Source: an uncultured Bacteroidales bacterium (GTDB lineage: Bacteria; Bacteroidota; Bacteroidia; Bacteroidales; WCHB1-69). From it: 57,924 bases of DNA. A program made the translations under genes and the position numbers. Below the pieces are notes generated by a model. It saw only the letters and a program-made list of their open reading frames with translations. It was not told the DNA's origin and did no database searches. Location of the stretch: contig ONQE01000026.1 of the NCBI GenBank assembly GCA_900319925.1, positions 1-57,924 of the forward strand, written 5' to 3'. Shown here piece after piece: positions 57,825 to 57,924 of this stretch; position 1 is the stretch's first letter; every line of letters begins with the position of its first letter.

Positions 57825-57924
57825 TATAATATAATTAGTCGGCAAATATACGATTTTTTTGGATATAAAAATTTTTTTTTTGAAAGTGAGATACCATATC
57901 AAAAAAAGTGTATTTTTGCCGCGC

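Overview
Chromosomal window from a Bacteroidales-type bacterium, judged from TAnnTTTG promoters, T9SS sorting domains, and many signal peptides ending in Gln alongside an M28 glutaminyl-cyclase-like lipoprotein. From about 16 kb rightwards it is mostly housekeeping and secretome genes: rnfBC, ddh, a frameshifted OstA/LptA-like gene, uvrC, lysC, recQ, a Dus-family gene, the Na+-pumping methylmalonyl-CoA decarboxylase cluster, gltX, a TonB-dependent receptor, rpmB, DUF4270 plus glycogen synthase, tRNA-Met and tRNA-Pro, and several T9SS cargo proteins including a 2176-aa modular surface protein. The left ~14 kb is an accessory region and holds the best candidate for a new system. An uncharacterised 190-aa putative DNA-binding regulator (13422-13994) is associated with an exact 18-bp direct repeat, GGTCCGAATTGGTCCGAA, found 22-23 nt upstream of the -7 box at three promoters: its own, that of a 1359-aa triple Fib_succ_major surface protein, and that of an AT-rich cluster encoding a hypoxanthine-DNA-glycosylase fusion, its paralog and an esterase. 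The regulator 3' end and the operator/promoter block are duplicated, so cargo genes appear to have been captured behind the same control unit. Other oddities: a DGR-variable-region-like gene end with no TR or RT in the window, GTAG-type REP palindromes in frame at the same site of two T9SS-type domains, a structured 5' leader RNA, two apparent internal deletions, and heptamer-based tandem repeats. All family assignments come from motif recognition by eye; no searches were run.
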